DNA from: an uncultured Erysipelotrichaceae bacterium
GTDB taxonomy: Bacteria > Bacillota_I > Bacilli_A > RF39 > UBA660
NCBI GenBank assembly: GCA_902783915.1
Contig: CACZSX010000030.1
Span: forward strand, 1-35,687
DNA length: 35,687 nt
Direction: 5' to 3'
The first letter of the stretch is position 1, and each line of letters opens with the position of its first letter. This document shows positions 34,734 through 35,687 of this stretch, piece by piece. The position numbers were made by a program, and so were the translations under genes. The notes beneath the pieces are model-generated. The model did not search any database. It worked only from the letters and a program-made list of their open reading frames with translations, and had not been told where the DNA came from.

Positions 34734-35423
34734 CTAATGGCAAATCAACTTACCAGTATTAGAATCTGACCCATATATTGTACAACTTGTTTCATAATGT
34801 AATGCAGTATAACCAGATGTTTTAGAATTACCATTATAATGCCCATCTGTACACCAATAATTATGTCCATCAGATAGAGTTTTACATTGATCTGCAGTAA
34901 ATATTTGATTTAAAACGCCAATATTATTTGTATGGTATGCTCCATCTGTAGATCCTTGAATACAATAAATTGTATAATCCTTTAAAATACATGAATATGC
35001 TTTTGAAATAGTATTACCTGAAAGTACTAATCCGAAAAAATTATGTCTTTGTTTTCCACCTGCTGTTTTTAATTTGTTGATATCATTTGTATAATCGCTA
35101 GGAGATAATGTATCACCCAATTTTTTAGCTTTGTCACCTTCATCGCTGAAATAAGCATATACGCATCGTTCGCAATTGACTACTTTTTCTACAGTAATTC
35201 TTTCATTTTTAACTGGTGGGCTGTTGTCTTCATCATCAATATCAATAATCTCATCATCATCTACTATGACATTATCAGATGTATTAGAATTATTATTGTC
35301 ATTAGTTTGAATTGAATTAGAATTATCATTTAAATTATTATTCAAATTCTTTTCCTTTCCACAACCCACTAACATTAAACACATAACAATAGTCAATAGA
35401 CCAATTAGAAATTTGTTTTTCAT
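34734..35423 (-). CDS. Cys-containing lipoprotein with an Asn/Asp-rich low-complexity linker
   Basis: The start is set at ATG 35423 (AAGGAGGAG upstream), giving MKNKFLIGLLTIVMCLMLVGCGKE with lipobox LVGC. An N/D-rich linker (NLNNNLNDNSNSIQTNDNNNSNTSDN...DDDEIIDIDDEDN) follows. The globular C-terminal domain has 10 Cys. Confidence 0.75.
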   Translation of the reverse strand: MKNKFLIGLLTIVMCLMLVGCGKEKNLNNNLNDNSNSIQTNDNNNSNTSDNVIVDDDEIIDIDDEDNSPPVKNERITVEKVVNCERCVYAYFSDEGDKAKKLGDTLSPSDYTNDINKLKTAGGKQRHNFFGLVLSGNTISKAYSCILKDYTIYCIQGSTDGAYHTNNIGVLNQIFTADQCKTLSDGHNYWCTDGHYNGNSKTSGYTALHYETSCTIYGSDSNTGKLICH

Positions 35424-35548
35424 TAAAGCTCCTCCTTGTATATATTTTATCATATAACTATATTTTTTTATTATTATATTTTTATAAAAGTGTAGATATT
35501 TTTAACAACTTTATAAAAGGAACGGAATTTCTTAATGTTACGATTATT

Positions 35549-35687
35549 TTATTTATTACATAGTTCTAATATTTTTTTCATTGTATTAGCTGTTCTAATT
35601 GTTATTTGATCTTTAATCGATTCAGTTGCAGTTCTTTTCCACCAATTAGATTTTTTATAATTGTTTAAATCAAAAGACCAAAAAATA
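35549..35687 (-). CDS. 3' end (last 45 codons) of an unidentified gene entering from the right edge
   Basis: Manual minus-strand translation gives IFWSFDLNNYKKSNWWKRTATESIKDQITIRTANTMKKILELCNK, followed by TAA at 35551..35549. Not in the ORF track because it has no start inside the window. Confidence 0.4.
   Translation of the reverse strand, partial: IFWSFDLNNYKKSNWWKRTATESIKDQITIRTANTMKKILELCNK

Noticed and set aside
1-35687. Alternative genetic code (UGA = Trp, Mollicutes-like), considered because of the extreme AT content
   Set aside because: TGA acts as a stop at well-defined, translationally coupled gene ends, for example the 460-aa ORF stop at 460..458 and the 51-aa ORF stop at 1820..1818. 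Trp positions in conserved motifs are TGG. All long ORFs close properly under the standard code.
1-35687. CRISPR arrays, tRNA/rRNA genes, transposases, integrases or terminal inverted repeats that would mark the 2-11 kb region as a mobile island
   Set aside because: I saw no regularly spaced direct repeats and no GC-rich structured RNA-like segments other than the two riboswitch leaders. No recombinase-like ORF is present on either strand. Island status of the operon therefore remains an inference from its content only.

Overview
The window is very AT-rich and uses the standard genetic code: TGA works as a stop at well-defined gene boundaries. It looks like Bacillota, based on a T-box leader, a SAM-I riboswitch, lipoprotein signal peptides and rho-independent terminators. 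I cannot name a species. Almost all genes are on the minus strand in tightly packed, often overlapping operons.

From right to left on the minus strand:
- A Cys-rich lipoprotein, a GNAT and a small membrane protein.
- A Nudix gene followed by ABC exporter module 1.
- ABC-2 exporter module 2, co-transcribed with a membrane-anchored protein carrying ten C-x10-C-type repeats.
- A complete arginine deiminase operon (arcA-arcB-arcC plus a YfcC-type carrier).
- A fused-SBP amino-acid ABC importer.
- On the plus strand, a polysaccharide deacetylase pair.
- A membrane protein and a GNAT.
- A SAM-I riboswitch driving an unusually short (260 aa) MetK-like gene plus a Nudix gene.
- A T-box leader driving a translationally coupled chain: hisS, archaeal/eukaryal-type aspS, yvcK, an LRR-transglutaminase surface protein and an APH/CotS-like kinase.

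The most interesting region is 2072-11088. A divergently transcribed LysR regulator, with a perfect T-N11-A palindrome in the shared promoter region, faces an eight-gene translationally coupled operon. The operon encodes two PHP phosphoesterases (one fused to a Rossmann dehydrogenase module), two divergent HprK-like P-loop proteins, an APH/CotS-like kinase, an S-adenosylhomocysteine-hydrolase-like NAD protein, a xylose-isomerase-like TIM barrel and a Gfo/Idh/MocA oxidoreductase. I cannot match this combination to any pathway I know. I propose it is an uncharacterised small-molecule pathway (nucleoside or sugar/cyclitol phosphate), either biosynthetic or catabolic.

A second unexplained unit lies at 1-1973: a 51-aa acidic ORF, a 460-aa ORF and a partial ORF, all overlapping, with their own promoter.

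I saw no rRNA, tRNA, CRISPR array, transposase or integrase. All family assignments come from motif recognition by eye and need HMM or structure confirmation.
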